Part shown: positions 108,559 through 124,000 of the stretch, piece by piece
Numbering within the stretch: position 1 is the stretch's first letter
How the letters are laid out: every line of letters begins with the position of its first letter
DNA from: Octopus vulgaris
Lineage: Eukaryota
DNA: 124,000 bases
Direction: 5' to 3'
Assembly: GCA_951406725.2 (NCBI GenBank)
Contig: OX597818.1
Location: forward strand, 27,920,001 to 28,044,000
Made by a program: the position numbers and the translations under genes
Notes under the pieces: generated by a model
Seen by the model: the letters and a program-made list of their open reading frames with translations, nothing else
The model's database searches: none
What the model was told of the DNA's origin: nothing

Positions 108559-111500
108559 GTATGTATATTCTTCATACCCATCACCCATCTAAATGAAATT
108601 AATGTAGATGCTTATTAATAAATATGTACCCATTTGGTATATGAAATTTTGAATTAGTGTGTCTGTACTATAGCATTTCATGATGACTATATCTATTCTT
108701 AACAGTTTTAGTATAATGTGGATGTTTAAATATCCATACATATACATACACACACATATACATACATACATATGCATACGCTTACCCATGCATAGACATA
108801 CAAAAATACATACATATACATGCATATACATATGCACACATATACAAAAATATTTGTGTGTGTGTGCACATCCACATATCCACATAGATTATATACACAT
108901 GCTCTTAGATAATATGAGCATAAAAATATATGATTTTATTTTTCTTGTTCCTGTGTTAATATACGTGTATGTATACAAATGCACACAATTATGTATGCAC
109001 ATGTGTGTGTTTGCATGGGTATTTATGTATTCATGCATGCATATATGAATATGTGTAAATCGATATGTGTATGCGTAACTATAATTCCACATATTCCTAT
109101 AAACAATTTCACATGCTATTTAATCGTGTATATAGATGACTTTACATACTTTCCATTTTCTTGTACTTATGGGCATGTATGCATACACACACATGCGTAA
109201 ACAATTATGGCTATGTGTAGATAAATTTGAAGTGTTTATGGATGTGTGGGTATTTATGTACATGTGTGTGTAAGAATATAATTATACATACCTGTATGTA
109301 TGTGAGTGCACGGCTGTATATGTATGTATATATACATATATGAATATATGCACATGCATGTGTGTGTGCATATACATATCATCATCATCATCGTTTAACG
109401 TCTGTTTTCTGCGCTAGCACGGGTTGGACGGTTTGACCGGGGTCTGGGAAGCCAGGGGCTGCTCCAGGCTCCAGTCTGATCTGGCAGAGTTTCTACGGCT
109501 GGATGCCCTTCCTAATGCCAACCACTCCACGAGTGTAGTGGGTGCTTTTTACATGCCACCTGCACAGGTGCCAGGGGAGTCCGGCATCGGCCATGATCGG
109601 TTGGAGCTTTTAACGTGCCAGCCAAGGCTGGCAACGGCCACATTCAGATGGTGCTTTTTATGTGCCACCGGCACAGAAGCCAGTCGGTGCGGCGCTGGCA
109701 TCGGCCACGTTTGGATGGTGCTTTTTATGTGCCACTGGCACAGAAGCCAGTTGGGGTGGTGCTGGCATCGGCCACGTTCAGATGGTGCTTTTTATGTGTC
109801 ACCGGCACAGAAGCCAGTCGAGTCGGCGCTGGCTACGGCCACATTCGGATGGTGCTTTTTATGTGTCACCGGCACAGGTATCACAACTACTATTTCCATT
109901 GATATTTATTTCGATGTTCATGTTCATGTACTTGACTCAACAGGTCTCCTCAAGCACAGCGGGACGTTCTGGGATCCAGGGTACTTTGAATGGGCAGGGG
110001 CTATGTGGAACTGGTGCAGGAAGCAGCCCGGGTCTTTGCAGTCACAGCATATCTCCAGAGATCTCGGTCCTTTATATGCTTATATAAATGTGTGTATATA
110101 TGAGTAGATGCACATACATATGAGTGCATGTGCCTGTATCTGTGCACACATGTGTGTATACATGTATGTGTGTAGCTGTATATGTACACATATATACGTA
110201 TACACATATATTTTTTATATATGTGTGCGTATGTATATGCATGTATATTTATGCATATGTGTATGTCTATGCATGTGTATGCATATGCATGCGTTCGTAT
110301 GTATATGCGTATGTATATATGTGAGGCAAGTGAAATTGAAATCGAAATCAAATTCGATGACTGGCATACGAGCGTGATTGTTGCCAGAGCAACAAGCTGG
110401 CTTCTGTACCGGTGGCACATAAAAAGCACCATTCAAGCGTGATCATTACCTACATCACTTTATTGGCACTTGTGCTGGTGGCACGTGAAAAAACATTCGA
110501 GCGAGGTCGTTGCCAGTGCCGTTGGACTGGCTCCTGTGCAGGTGGCACATAAAAAGTGCCATTTGAGCGTGGCTGTTGCCAGTACCGCCTGACTGGCCCT
110601 CATGCAGGTGGCATGTAAAAGCACCCACTACACTCTCGAAGTGGTTGGCATTAGGAAGGGCATCCAGCTGTAGAAACTCTGCCAGTTCAGACTGGAGTCT
110701 GGTGCAGCCATCTGGTTCATCAGACCTCAGTAAATCCTCCAACCAATGCTAGCATGGAAAGTGGACATTAAACGATAATGATGATGATGATGATGTTATA
110801 TTCATATGCACATTTAAACATCCATATTTTGCTAAAACTGTTAACAATAGAAATACTTTTCAAGAAACGCTATGCTGTAGACACACTCATTCAAAATTTC
110901 ATATACCAATGGGCACTGATATACAGATATGGATCTAGAATCTTTTCTGTTTGGTTGTCAGCAGCTTCAAAACTTAAAATTTACCGAGAATTTTATAATT
111001 TGGGACAAGGATCTTTTCCTTTTGAACGGCAGTTTTCAACACAATTTCTAGTTAACTTTTAAACTTCATATACTGGTAGAATGTGTTTATAAAACATCAT
111101 TTTTTCTTGGCTTTATTGAGAAAATTCTATATGTTTTAACATATTTCCACTTCAAAATCGAGCATTTTGGCAATTTTAACCAATCAAATACGTCCATTTG
111201 GGGTGAAAACATACCGTGCTGTATGAATATGCCCCTCGTTTAAGAAACAGATTGGGTTTATTTACATTTGCGAAGAAAAAAAGCGAAGATGGGGTATTGT
111301 TTTCAGTCATGTTTGCTTGTTTGTTTGACCGTGGACAAGATATCTCAAGAACTGCTGGATGGATTCGGATGAAACTTTCAGGGATGTTTGGCCTCATGAC
111401 TGGCACACACTGATTAGATTTTAGGATCGATCTAGTACCAGACAAAGATTCTGAATTATTTTTCCTGTTTTGTTTTTTTACTTAATTTTTGAAAGCAGGT

Positions 111501-114500
111501 GGTTTCATTTTTAGTACTCTCGTTTTTGACAGCAGTTGAGTTTATTTCAGATATTCTCATTTTAAAAGTCATCTCAGGCTAATTGTTGAAAGGAATTACT
111601 GAATGGATCCTTATGATATTTGAAACTTAGATTCAATGTATAAGGGCGGGCATAATGCAATATGTTTGGTTTGAATTTCAGATGGCTTAAAGGGGGCAGA
111701 ACCCTCCCATGAAAATTCATAAATTTTTGATGTTGATAAAATTTCAACCATTGGTAATTGACACACATCAAGAACTATTCTCAAAGTTTCCACTTCACGT
111801 GAGGATTTTAAGACACCCTAGTGGGGGCCTTAACTCCCAAATTTTAGTCATTTCTTTTATGATCCAAAACTAAATCAAAAGTACTGAATGGATCTTTATG
111901 AAATTTGGAAATTATATTCTATGCATAAGGGCCACAACCCCCATGACAATTCATATATTTTTGCTGTTGATGAAATTTTAACCATAGATATTAGATACAA
112001 ATGAAATAATATTTATAAAATTTCATCTTCTTACAAGTTAGAAAGACCCCTTCATGGGGACTTAACACCCACAATTTTGTCATTTTATCTAAGCAAAGAC
112101 GAATAGTCCTACTCTTTGGAAGCTGTGGGGTCATCTGAGCATAGAAGATGAGCATTATTTGTAATTCAATGGTACAACTGTGTAAGAGTTTGCTTTGACA
112201 TACACTTAGATTGTGATTTCTGCAATGTGGTGCATAAATTGTCAAGTAAATGAGAAGCATCTTTGCCTCCACTGATTCAGTTGCAAAGTGTTGAGTAAAG
112301 TTATTTGATTGCAGATCTCCTTTCAGTCTTTTTATTATCACTGGGTTACACATAGTCCCCACATGGTAACATTGATTTCAAGGCCTTCCCAGATGAGTGA
112401 CTGGTTATTCAAAGACATTTATAGATTGTATATATATTCTGTCCAGTTACGTATCAGTATAGTGTTCATTTGCAAACTCCAACTTTCATTTCTCCTTAGC
112501 CCCCATGTCACACAGTTGTTAATGTTTATTTCAGTTGGGTCACGCCCTTCCAATTGCTATAGATTCATAATGCATCTTATGACTGTGCCTGTCACCTGCA
112601 AGGTGAGGAATACTACATTGGGAGTGGTAACGTCTAGGGTACTGTAGCTGACTGCTTATTGTGATCATTTTTGGTTTCCTGTAGCTTTACTCTCTTTTAC
112701 AAATCCAGTGAACATATATTTCCTATTTCAAAGAAATTCAAACAATAGATATAAGACCCAAGTTAAAAAGATTCTCAACAATACAACTTCTCTGGTTGAC
112801 ATTAAGATGCCCACCCCCAATAGGGGCGTTAACTCTCACATTTTAGAGCTCCATGACCTCCATTTTTCAGGAGCAAAATCCTTTTAACAGGTTCAACAAG
112901 ACTGAAATTTTGGAATATGCGCATAAAAATCAGTAGTATGGGATACATGCAGCACGATTACAATTTTGTCTGGGTGTGTAAAGAGGGAAATAACCCTCAT
113001 CTGCAATTTTGATGAAATTCGAAACATAAATATTCCAGTTCATTACAGAAAATATAACAGAAAAGTCTAATTCTTCAATTGTATTTAACTCGAGCAATGC
113101 CGGGTAACTCTGCTAGTAATGACTAAAACTAAAATAATTTGGCTTTGAGATAATCTTCATTTACAAACATCCTGATAATTCAGTGTCAAAATATCTCTCT
113201 TACATAGTTACCAAATCATCTCGGGAAGGAGAAATTAAGAGTTTTAATTTATCTTTGGAAAAGCAGCTGACAGTGAGAATACAATATATATGAAGGAGAA
113301 ATTAAGAGTTTTAATTTATCTTTTAAAATAAAAATAAACATCTGTAGTCAATTTTCATAATGAGTTTTCTTGTTGTTCAATTAACAGAACTACTTTCTCA
113401 CTGAATTATATTGTAAGTGGCTGAGTATTCCACAGATATATGTATTCTTAGTATAATCTTCAAGCAGATTTAGCACACTGATGAGGCTGACCTTTTGAAT
113501 TATGGGTCTAGCTCTTCTGATGACCTTCCACATAGCTTCTGTCTACCTAGTTCCATTCTAAAGGATTTGGTGAACTTGAAACTGTGGTAAAAGACATTTG
113601 TATAAGACTCAACACAGCAGATCTCATGATTTGGAAGAGAACATCATAACCACTTGGCTATACCTGCTTCCATACAGATATTACAAACACACACACACAC
113701 ACACACAGAGGCAAGCACACAAATATGTCCACAGCAACTTTATCGTGATGCTATTATTATGACAGTGAATTTTTTTTTTAATTTCTCATTTCCTGCTATT
113801 GCTTCAATGAAATAATCTTAGAAATGTTGTAGATGATAGTTTCAAAATAGTTGCTTTTTGTTATTCCATTTTCTCTCCCAAAACTTTAGCTTTTAGACAC
113901 ATCATCAAAAAGACAAATGAAACCTCTCAATTCTCCTTCCTAAGATGATTTAGTAACCATAGAAGATAGATATTTTGATACTGAATTCCATATATAATGT
114001 ACAGGATGTTTGTAAATGTAGATTATTTGAAAGACCAATTTTTTTTGGTTTTAGTCATTATGACAACTATTAACAGAATATCGTATTTCAACAATGTTTA
114101 GATAAGAATTAGAAAATTGATTGAGAGTATAAGTAGAGTGATGTGTGTTGATTAATCGAAACCATTATAAAGTATATGGTTTCATGTTTTTTTAACAATT
114201 GTCACAGCCTCAGTAACAATAAATTTGAACATATATACTAAAGACAATTTGCTAGTTTTGGGATTAACCTCATGTTTCACTGCTAAGAACATCCACGATG
114301 TCCTAAATCAGACATGCACATGAGTTGTTTAAGTTATTTATATATATTCATTTATCTATGGACAAATCAATTTACTTTCTCAATTATTAAGCATTCAGTG
114401 TTTGAGTGATTGATATACTTGTTTGTTGTATTGATTTGGTAACCTTATTCACACCTTACCACTAAGCTACTATGTCCCTATAATATGCTGTCATTAGTTG

Positions 114501-114818
114501 AAACTTTATCATTAGGAAGGGTATCTAACTTTGAAAACAGTTACTCTAACAATTCTTACAGGTTGGTTCATATAAAATCAAATAGACTAAATTTGAAGAT
114601 GCATCAGATGAAATATTTAAAGAGAAAACAAAACAAAAACAAACGTACAGGAGTGGCTGTGTGGTAAGTAGCTTGCTTACCAACCACATGGTTCTGGGTT
114701 CAGTCCCACTGTGTGGCACCTTGGGCAAGAGTCTTCTATTGTAGCCTCGATCTGACCAAAGCCTTGTGAGTGGATTTGTTAGATGGAAACTGAAAGAAGC
114801 CCGTCATGTATATGTATG

Positions 114819-114884
<66 letters not shown>

Positions 114885-115620
114885 TGTGTGTGTCTGTGTG
114901 TGTGTGTGTCTGTGTTTGTCCCCCCAACATTGCTTGACTACCATGCTGGTGTGTTTATGTCCCCATAACTTAGCGGTTTGGCAAAAGAGACTGATAGAAT
115001 AAGTACTAGTCTTACAAAGAATAAGTCCTGGGGTTGATCTGCTCAACTAAAGGCAGTGCTCCAGCATGGCTGCAGTCAAATGGCTGAAACAAGTAAAAGA
115101 GTATACATTATCAACTTTTAAGTATAAAATTGTTAAATTTTGTTTATAACATAGGCATGTGGTTCTGAGTTCAGTCCTACTGCGTGGCACCTTGGGCAAG
115201 TGTCTTCAACTATAGCCTCGGGTCGACCAAAGCCTTGTGAGTGGATCTGGTAGACAGAAACTGAAAGAAGCCCGTTGTATATATGTGTATATATATATAT
115301 ATGTGTGTGTGTGTGTTTGTCCCCCAACATCGCTTGACAACCGATGCTGGTGTGTTAATGTCCCCCGTAGCTTAGCAATTCAGCAAAAGAGATCAATAGA
115401 ATAAGTACTAGGCTTACAAAGAATACGTCCTGGGGTTGATTTCTTCGACTAAAGGCAGTGCTCCAGCATGGCCACAGACAAATGACTGAAACAAGTAAAA
115501 GAGTAAAAGAGTCAGTACTTTTGGATCTAAATGCGTCTGATGTCTTGTAATACCAGGATGCTTCAATATAAGCATGTGAAGTGGAATAGAAAAACTAAGT
115601 GACAATCTATCATATTACAT
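106845..115620. repeat. Local dispersed duplication: about 106845-107830 repeated at about 113835-114650, continuing to 115620 with SINEs inserted; partial copy at about 113150-113400
   Basis: Collinear sequence (ttattccattttctctcccaaa...ttgaacatatat.taaaga...aacatccttaac); PLE-like remnant content. Confidence 0.75.
109379..110795. mobile_element. Two RTE 3' UTR fragments in opposite orientation (about 109379-110075 on -, 110330-110795 on +)
   Basis: Family 3' UTR with tandem 66-nt units. Other 3'-end-only copies at about 46520, 64820, 89065, 97765, 103790, 106640, 117545, 117920. Confidence 0.85.
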
Positions 115621-116217
115621 CCCACTTGCCAGCTCATTTCCTGAAGCAAAGTACCATTTTACAAATGAGATAAGCTTTTAATTTTAAATGGAAAGTATTC
115701 AAACAAAATCATTATTTAACACTTATACATATGCACACTTTTAAATTTTGTGCTTGTTATTTGTTACATAAGTATAGATGTATCAAAAGAAAAATGTTTC
115801 AAAAATATAAATGGCTCATAAGGTGCAGGCATAGCTGTATGGTAAGAAGTTTGATTCTCAACCACATGGTTCTCGGTTCAGTCCCACTGTGTGGCACCTT
115901 GGGCAAGAGTCTTCTACTATAGCCTTGGGCCAAGCAAAGCTTGTGAGTATATTTGGTAGATGTAAACTGAAAGATGACTATCTTATATTATATATGTGAT
116001 GGGTTGATGAAAATATCCTGGCTTTAAGGGTATTACAAAAGACCTTGGTGGAGGTCCAACTTTCCAAGTTCTTCTACATGGCTTTGAAAAACTGCAGCAC
116101 CATTGCAATAAGTGTGGGAATCTGAGAGAGGAATATGTTCAATAAAATCATAATTAAATGACCCTCTTGTATTTTCTTTTACCCAAAGCCAGGAATTTTT
116201 CAGCACCACTTTGTATA

Positions 116218-117463
116218 TAAGTGTGTAAGGTATTTGTGGACATACCTTTTTTGGGTCATTGCTGTATTTTTTACTAACTCTGTGTAATTTTTGTTTCAGA
116301 AAATAATAATGGCAGACCCTCAGCTTACTCAAGAAATGAAGGGACATGCTATTATTTTGGTCATAAAGGCTGAGCATAGAAATTTAGAAATACCTTTGAT
116401 TTTTAGAAGTTGCCAAAGCTTTCGTTTTCAAAATTTGTAAGGAGCTAGAGACTGAAGATGGAAGTGTATCACCAGTATCAAAGCATAAAAAGCATTCTAA
116501 ACACTCTGAAATCATCATCAGAACACCTGGATTTATCCAGCAAGTTCAACAGGCCATTGATTACAATTCCAGAAAGTCCATGAGGTCAATTGTAAAAGAT
116601 CTCCATGTGTCAGAAGGAACAGTTAGAAATGTTGTCCATGAAGACATCAGATATGTCTTATATGATGAGGAAAGGTCAATTTGTCAGAAAAAGCAAAAGA
116701 AAATCACTACATCAGATTTAAAAGGCTCCTAAAAAGATGAAAAAGGCACCAAAAGAAGATTCAATTTAGTTTTTCTAAAACGAGAAAAACTTTGACTAAG
116801 ATCGAAAAGTTAACAGAAGAAATGACAGATGGTTATGTGCAGACCCTTCTAAAGTTTGAAGTATTATAAATACAAAATTTCCTGCAACTGTTATGGCTTT
116901 AGGGGTTATCAGCACTGAAGGACATGTAATGCCTCCTCAGGCCTTAGAGTTAACTCTGCCACCTACACTGAGGTCCTGGAAACAATTGTTAAGCCCTGGA
117001 TAGACAGTGTATGCAATGGAAGGCCATATGTTTCAGTAAGACTCTGCACTATCACCCACAGCTCTAGTAACACAGGAATGGATGGATGAAAATTTTCATG
117101 ATCACACAACCCCTAACATTTAATTTCCTAATTCCCCAGATCTCAATCCATTGGACTATTACATGTGGAGCATTGTTGAGAGAGAGGTCAATGAACATAC
117201 CCATAACACCAAAGATTCTTTGAAAGCTGCCATAGTCAGAGTAATGTCCAAAATGAACCAGGACCACTTGATTCGAGCATGCAGATGATTTAGATCTTAT
117301 ATAGAAGCAGTTGTTGAAGCTGAAGGTGGCTTTATTGAATAACATTATAGAAAAGAAGGTTTATTTTTATTCTCATAGCATTTTTTGATAAATTAAGTTA
117401 TTATCTGTTATTATATACCTGTTTTTTTTTATAAACATAAATCTGTCCTCAAATACCTTACAC

Positions 117464-117467
<4 letters not shown>
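116218..117467 (+). mobile_element. maT/DD37D-like (Tc1-mariner superfamily) transposon, inactivated
   Basis: TIR gtgtgtaaggtatttg.ggaca at both ends; KFPATVMALGVIS..GHVMP, PNSPDLNPLDYYMW. Confidence 0.8.
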
Positions 117468-117535
<68 letters not shown>

Positions 117536-118667
117536 CATATACATATCATCATCAACATCATCGTTTAATGTTCGCCTTCCATATTGGCATGGGCTGGACA
117601 ATTTGACTGAGGATTAACTAGTCAGGAGGCTGCACCAGGCTCCAATCAGATTTGGCAAGGTTTCTGCAGCTGGATGCCCTTCTAATTTCAACCACTCCAA
117701 GAGTGTAGTGGGTGCTTTTTATGTGCCACCGGCACAGGAGCCAGTCAGGTTGTTTGTACACAGGCATCATACAGCCTACTTTTCATGCTGAGTGAGAGGT
117801 CCTTTGTTACCAGCAGAGGTAGAAGCTCTCTGAACTTTGCCCAGGCTATTCTTATTCAAGTAGCTATATGCTCAGAGCATCCACCCCTGCTACTGACTTA
117901 TATATATATATATATATATATCATCATCATTATTATCATCATTGTTTAATGTCCGTTTTCCATGCTAGCATGGGTTAGACGGTTCGACTGGAGTCTGGAA
118001 GCCAGGAGGCTGCACCAGGCTCCAGTCTGATCTGACAGTGTTTCTACAGCTGGATACATATATAGTACATATAAATCACAGTATGTGTATGTATATTGAC
118101 TAATGCATACATTTCCACAATTCTCAACCGATTTTCCCCAAACTTTACACACACATTACTTATGTGTCAAGGATTGGCATGCACTATTTTGTCCAGAACT
118201 CCCACGTAAATGGACAAACCAGAAAAAACGTTGGTTTACAAAGGGTTTTCTCTAATTTGTTGTATGCACATAGTTTTTTGTATTTAGGTCTTCCATATTT
118301 TTCAAATCTCTATGGTCGTATATTGGCATTAGAAAATATGTTTTAGTGGTTTTCACATTTTTATTTATTTATTATTCATTTATACGTTGTAATTGTGTAC
118401 TATTACTTTATATATTATTTTTATATGTGTATTGGTGAATATTGTTTGAGGGTTTTCGTTGGAGAATATTATAAAAGTGAAAGGATATATATATATCATT
118501 GACGATTTTCTTTCTCCGTCTTCCCTTCTTTGGACTTTTTCTATATTTCTGATAAAGAGCTCCGCTCAAAACATGAAATCCTCTTTCTTTCCTTTCCTTT
118601 CCAATAACACAGTACTTGTTCCACATCCTCACGTTGTTGTTTTTTCTTGCTTGTTCATGTTTGGATT

Positions 118668-118717
<50 letters not shown>

Positions 118718-119002
118718 ATGTGTGAATGTGCTTGTTTGTCTCCAACACTACTTGTCAACTGGGGTCAATTTGTTCGACTAACCCCAGTATGACGACAGTC
118801 CAATGATTGAAACAAGAAAAAGATAAAACATAGGAGATATCTATATAATACAAATGAAGATTTGTAACATAAGCACAATGTCAATCATACCTAATTATAA
118901 AAGAAAAGGCACAGAGGAGAGAGATCGATCAAATCAGTTATGAAGAATAGGTTAGAATATAAGGTGTTCAACCAGAAAATAGCCTGCCTTCTAGAGATAG
119001 TG

Positions 119003-119004
<2 letters not shown>

Positions 119005-119040
<36 letters not shown>

Positions 119041-120010
119041 TTCATCATCATCATCATCATTTAATGTATGTCTTCCATACAGGCATGTGTTAGGCGGTTA
119101 ACTGGAACTGATATGCTGAGCTGCACCAGCCTACTGTCTGTTTTGGCTTGGTTCCTATGGTTGGATACTCTGCCTAATGCAATCTATTCCATAGAGTGTA
119201 CTGGTGTTCTTTATGTGTTACTGGCATGGGTACCTTTTATATGTCACTGACACAGGTGTCTTTTACGCATTACTGGCACAGGTGCTTTTTGCATGTCACT
119301 AACATGAATACCTTTTATGTGTCACTGGCATGGGTGCCCTTTGTATGTCACTGGCATGGGTATTTTTTGCATGTCTCCAGCACTGATCACAACTACAATT
119401 TCATTTAGCTTGATGTGTCTTCTCAAGCACAGCAAATTGCCAAGTTTCAGTCACTTGTCATTACCTCCGTGAGACTCAACACCCAAAGATTAAAATTCAC
119501 CACGTCTTCATAAGTGTATTTCTTCCACAGCTTCCCTCCATAGCTAGAGTTCGGTATTTCTTAATGCAGTAGTCCATGTCAATATCCATCACATACCCAT
119601 ACCAGCACAATCTTCTTTCTTTCACACTAACATCTGATGCCACTTATACACAATTTTTCTATCAAGACACTTACCCTTCATTGTATGTGCATACAAATAT
119701 TGCACATCCAGCAGAGTATACTAGCTTTATTTCTTTCAAACCTTTGCATGTCCTCTGCAGTTGCAGCCCATGTTTTATTGCTATGTAACATGGCTGTTTG
119801 CACACAGACAATATACAATTTGCCTTTCATACTGAGGGAGAGGCCCTTTGTTACCAACAAAAGTAACAGCTCTTTGAATTTTACCCAGCCCATTCTTATT
119901 CTAGCAGCTATGCTCTCAAAGCTATGCTCTCCTCCACTGCTGACTTGGTCACCTAGATAATGGAAGTTGTCTACTACTTCTAAATCTCCAGCTGAGCATT
120001 TTACATATTC
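119005..120010 (-). mobile_element. RTE LINE 3' fragment
   Basis: ORF 119678-120037 LEVVDNFHYLGDQVSSGG. Confidence 0.85.
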
Positions 120011-120689
120011 TGTAGTCTTCTTGTAGTCTAGCCACATTGCAAAGAGATTATGGAGATGTGGCTTGGCTTCCTTAAGGACAGCTTATTGAGGAGAAACTGT
120101 TCACCACAGCTCCAGACTCCTTTCTTTCTTCCTCCTTGTTTATCAATTATTACACCATTTGTTTGGCAGTCATCTTCAAGTCCACCTGTGTACAGTTGGT
120201 GCATAACATGCAAGCATGCTATGAGCTATAGTTTCTGGCCTTGTGAGTCGCTTTGTTCTTGGGTATAAGAGCAGTCCACACAACTATCAGCTAATCTGGT
120301 ATATCTAGCTCACTGTCCATTGTTTTTATAAACAGAGTCATCACGAGAATTTCCCTGTAGAACATGAGCTTTTTGTACCAGTAGTCTACTATAAGGTCTT
120401 TCCCTGGTGATTTTCCATTCAGTATTTTCATGATAGCCATCAAGAGAGTTTCACTGGTGATGTTATATATTTTGGGAGAGTTATTTACACAATACTCACT
120501 TTATAGTTAATTTAATCATGCTGTCTCATGCTTGTGTTTTTAGTTTACATTCCAGATTACCCACCTGAATGACTCTAGATCTTCATGGGTAAATATCTTG
120601 ATTGTATCACCTTTCATGCAACAATATACAGCTTCCAGATTTCAGACAAACTTTCGATTTATCATTTTTCATCTATAGAAAAGGTGAAA

Positions 120690-121892
120690 ATGTGTAGGTA
120701 GAAATTCCATAAGATGTACCTAGTCTAAGCTATTGACACATAAGAAGTGCAGAAAAGATTAACAAGGAAATTATTTTTTGGGTGGATAAGGTGTACAAGT
120801 ACAATTAACACTAAAAATCTACAGAAAATAGATTCCATCAAATGCCAGGGAGGAAAACTAGAAGTAGTTGATAGCTCCCGTTACCTAGGTGACCAAGTTA
120901 GCAGTGGGAGTGGATGCTCTGAGAGCATAGCTGCTAGCATAAAGATAGGCTGGGCTACTTCAGAGAGCTCCCACCTCTGCTGGTAACAAAGGGCCTCTCC
121001 CTCAGCATGAAAGACAAATTGTATGAAGTCTGTGTGTGAACAGCTATGCTACATGGCAGTAAAACATGGGCTGTAACTGCCAAGGACATGCGTAAGCTTT
121101 GGAAGAAATGAAGCTAGTATACTTTGCTGAATGTGCAATGTCAGGATGCTTGCACAGCAGAGTGTAAACGTCTTGAGAAAAAAGCTGGGCATCAGCTGTA
121201 GTGTGCAAGAGAAATGACTGTGCTGGTATGGTCATGTGATGCATATGGATGAGGACAGGTGTGTGAAGAAGTGCTTAACTCTAACAGTGGAGGAAATCTG
121301 TGGAAGAGGTAGACCCAAGAAGACAAGATCAGGTGGTGAAACATGTTCTTTGAATGTTGGGTCACATGAAGGCAATGACAAGTGCTTGAGACCTTTGGCA
121401 ATATGCCACACTTGATAAGACCCATCAAGCCAAAGGAAATTGTAATCATGGCCAATGCCAGTGTCACATATTTGGCACGTAAAAACATCTTTTGAACATT
121501 GGACAATATGCCGTGCTTGAGAAGATCCATCTAGCTAAGTGAAATCATAGTCATGGCTGATGCCAGTGTCATGTAACTGGCACCCATGCTGGTAGCATGT
121601 AAAGAAGTACCATTTTGAATGTTAGGCCTCATGGAGATGGTGTCAAGTGACCAAGACCTTTTACAATATAATGTGCTGAAGTCCTAGTTGTGGCTGATGC
121701 TGGGGTTGTGTAACTGGCACTGATGCTAGTGGCACTCTTGGAGTGGTTTATGTTAGGGAGGGTATCCAGCTGTAGAAACCATGCCAAATCAGATTGGAAC
121801 CTGGTGCAACTCCCCAGCTTAATAGTTTTCAGTCAAACCATCCAGCCTATGTCAGCATGGAAAATGGACGTTAAATGATGATGATGATGATG
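120690..121892 (+). mobile_element. RTE LINE 3' fragment
   Basis: GKLEVVDSSRYLGDQVSSG; (GAT)n tail. Confidence 0.85.
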
Positions 121893-124000
121893 TAATTTTT
121901 TACAATAAAGTTTTACACTTACCACCAGTAGATTGTGTTTAAGGGTGATCACTTTGCCTTGTGAGTGTTTCTTGGCAATAATTCCCATACAATTTGGTGA
122001 ATTTATCATGCAATTATAGCTGGTGATTCATGAATTTAATTTTAGCTTCATATTTGATGATAGTGTTGAACTGTCCTATCTTTTTCCTGAGTACATTGAT
122101 GTTGTTCTGGAGGCTGGTAATCCATTTTGGCTCAGTATTATTTTTTTGGATCAGTGTCTTTTACTCCCATCCTTTTGTACACAGTTACTGCAGTACAATA
122201 TAGCAGGACATTTATTGTCCAAAACTGGGAGCTTGAATTTGAGCTACTTGTTCCCTTACAACTTTGTTGATCAGTGATAACATCAGGTCGATTGGTTTTT
122301 CCAACTTAAGTCAGCAATGTTCTGTCATGCGTCATGCAGGGCTTTATGTATGTAAGAAATAAAGTTTTGCTTGAACTTTGATGCAAACTGTGATTTTAGT
122401 ATTTTATAGTCTTCACTTGTTTCTGTAAAATCATAAGTGGTTGCCACATGTTCATATAATGGCAACAGTTTGTTATTGTTGTGTTCATCTTTGTTGGTGC
122501 TTCTTGATCAAACTCTTTGCAGAAAAAAGTTTACTGTATTGTTAATATGAGTATTATCATTTTGTGTATTTTGGCTGAATGATTTTGCTTGGTAGGATGG
122601 CATATTTCTTTTCAACAAAGTTTAATTGTTTCTCTGAAAAATGTGGGCATGTTGGGTATTTCTTATTCTAATACACTTTAAGTCTCTTCATGTAGCCTAT
122701 TAAAGGACTTTCTCCAGCCTTTCTGTAGAACTGGTATAGGTCCTGGTTCAGCTTGAAAGTCCACTGGAAACTTTCTAGATAGTTCCATGATTTGCAATAG
122801 TCAACTCTGGATTCTTTCATCACCATGGTGTATGTATAGTAATTTTCTATGAGGTATGTGTTTCACTGCTTATGTACTACTACAACCTTTTGAACAAAAA
122901 TGTTGTTTCTTAGCATTTACTCCAAAAAGATAATCATTTCTTTTCCCAAGATTGTATTAATGGCAAAAATTATAGGGGTTAATATACATTATTCATCAGA
123001 ATGATTAGTCCTCTATACCAACATATCTGTATTCAATGCCATGATATGCATACATTAATGTATGTATGCATTTATGTATGCATGCATGCATGTATGTATG
123101 TATGTATGTATGTATGTATGTATGTATGTATGTATGTATGTATGTATGTATGTATGTATGTATGTACAAGTGGGTGTGCATGTATGGGATGGTCATGCAT
123201 GTGCATGTGTATTTATGTACACATGTATGCATTCATGTTTGCATTAACATCTACTGTTGGCTAAATGAGTAACACACTTCAGTTCAACAATGGCACAGGG
123301 TTGAATACTTAGCCACACAAGATGTCTCATGAGGTAAAACATAGTAAATATTCCTTATTTTCTTTATGCGATATATTTCAGTTTATAAACATAAAGCTAT
123401 GGCACCACTACTTGTTGAGTCTTTGTGCACTTTTAGAGATTAAATATGTAACTTAAATGAAATAAGACCATACTACCTAGGTTCATATGCATCTTTTTAT
123501 AGTATAGCTACTGGCATGTATTTCACCATGTTAACTTATAATTCCTCTGTAGAGTGCTCTGTAGGCTTTCTTTCCAGTACTCTTGAAGACAATCATTTCT
123601 CAGAATAATGTAAAGTAATTACTTTGCTCATTTGTCTCTCCTTGGGTGATTTATATACCACCCACCTATGACTCAACACTTGCTATATATTGCATGGGTA
123701 AATAGAATCCAGTCTTCCAATCAGTGGCAGCTGACAAAGTGAATATTCAATAAAGTGTTTAGATCTATCTTTGTAGTAAATATTTCATATTTTGTTTATG
123801 TGGTATATTTGGGTCCATTCTTTCCTAGTGAGTTGATGTGCCCTCTAAGTGAACTAAGATTGTACTGCCTGGGTTCATGTAAATTTTATCTACTTACAGG
123901 TAGTAGGTAGTTGCTTTAAGTAGGTGACCTAATTAGTAAAGGAAAACTATATTCTGAAAGTATGGCTGCTAAAATTAGAAGTGGTTGAAGAAAGTCCTGA

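Overview
AT-rich, microsatellite-laden metazoan genomic DNA. The repeat families suggest an octopus or other cephalopod, which is an inference. There is no prokaryotic gene organisation, CRISPR array, rRNA or true tRNA gene. More than 80 kb of the window is one + strand, multi-exon gene for a type I membrane receptor that the ORF track mostly misses. It has five Ig-like domain exons (6.9-25.5 kb, all phase 1-1, two with GC-AG donors), a transmembrane exon (26477-26578) and a 19-nt micro-exon. Its cytoplasmic tail is built from eight symmetric 42/60-nt cassette exons (61.4-84.7 kb) plus one degenerate copy, all produced by tandem duplication of an exon-intron unit. Each cassette carries tyrosine docking motifs (YxxI, YxN, YxxM), and sister copies have lost different tyrosines. 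The introns are packed with RTE, R4/Dong, CR1, Tx1/L1 and Penelope retroelements, Tc1/mariner/pogo transposons, Helitrons, MITEs and tRNA-derived SINEs. Several type I hammerhead ribozyme motifs occur, including a 353-nt terminally redundant, retrozyme-like unit at 6192-6571. Exon boundaries were read by hand from splice signals and frame continuity; transposon boundaries are approximate unless termini are quoted.
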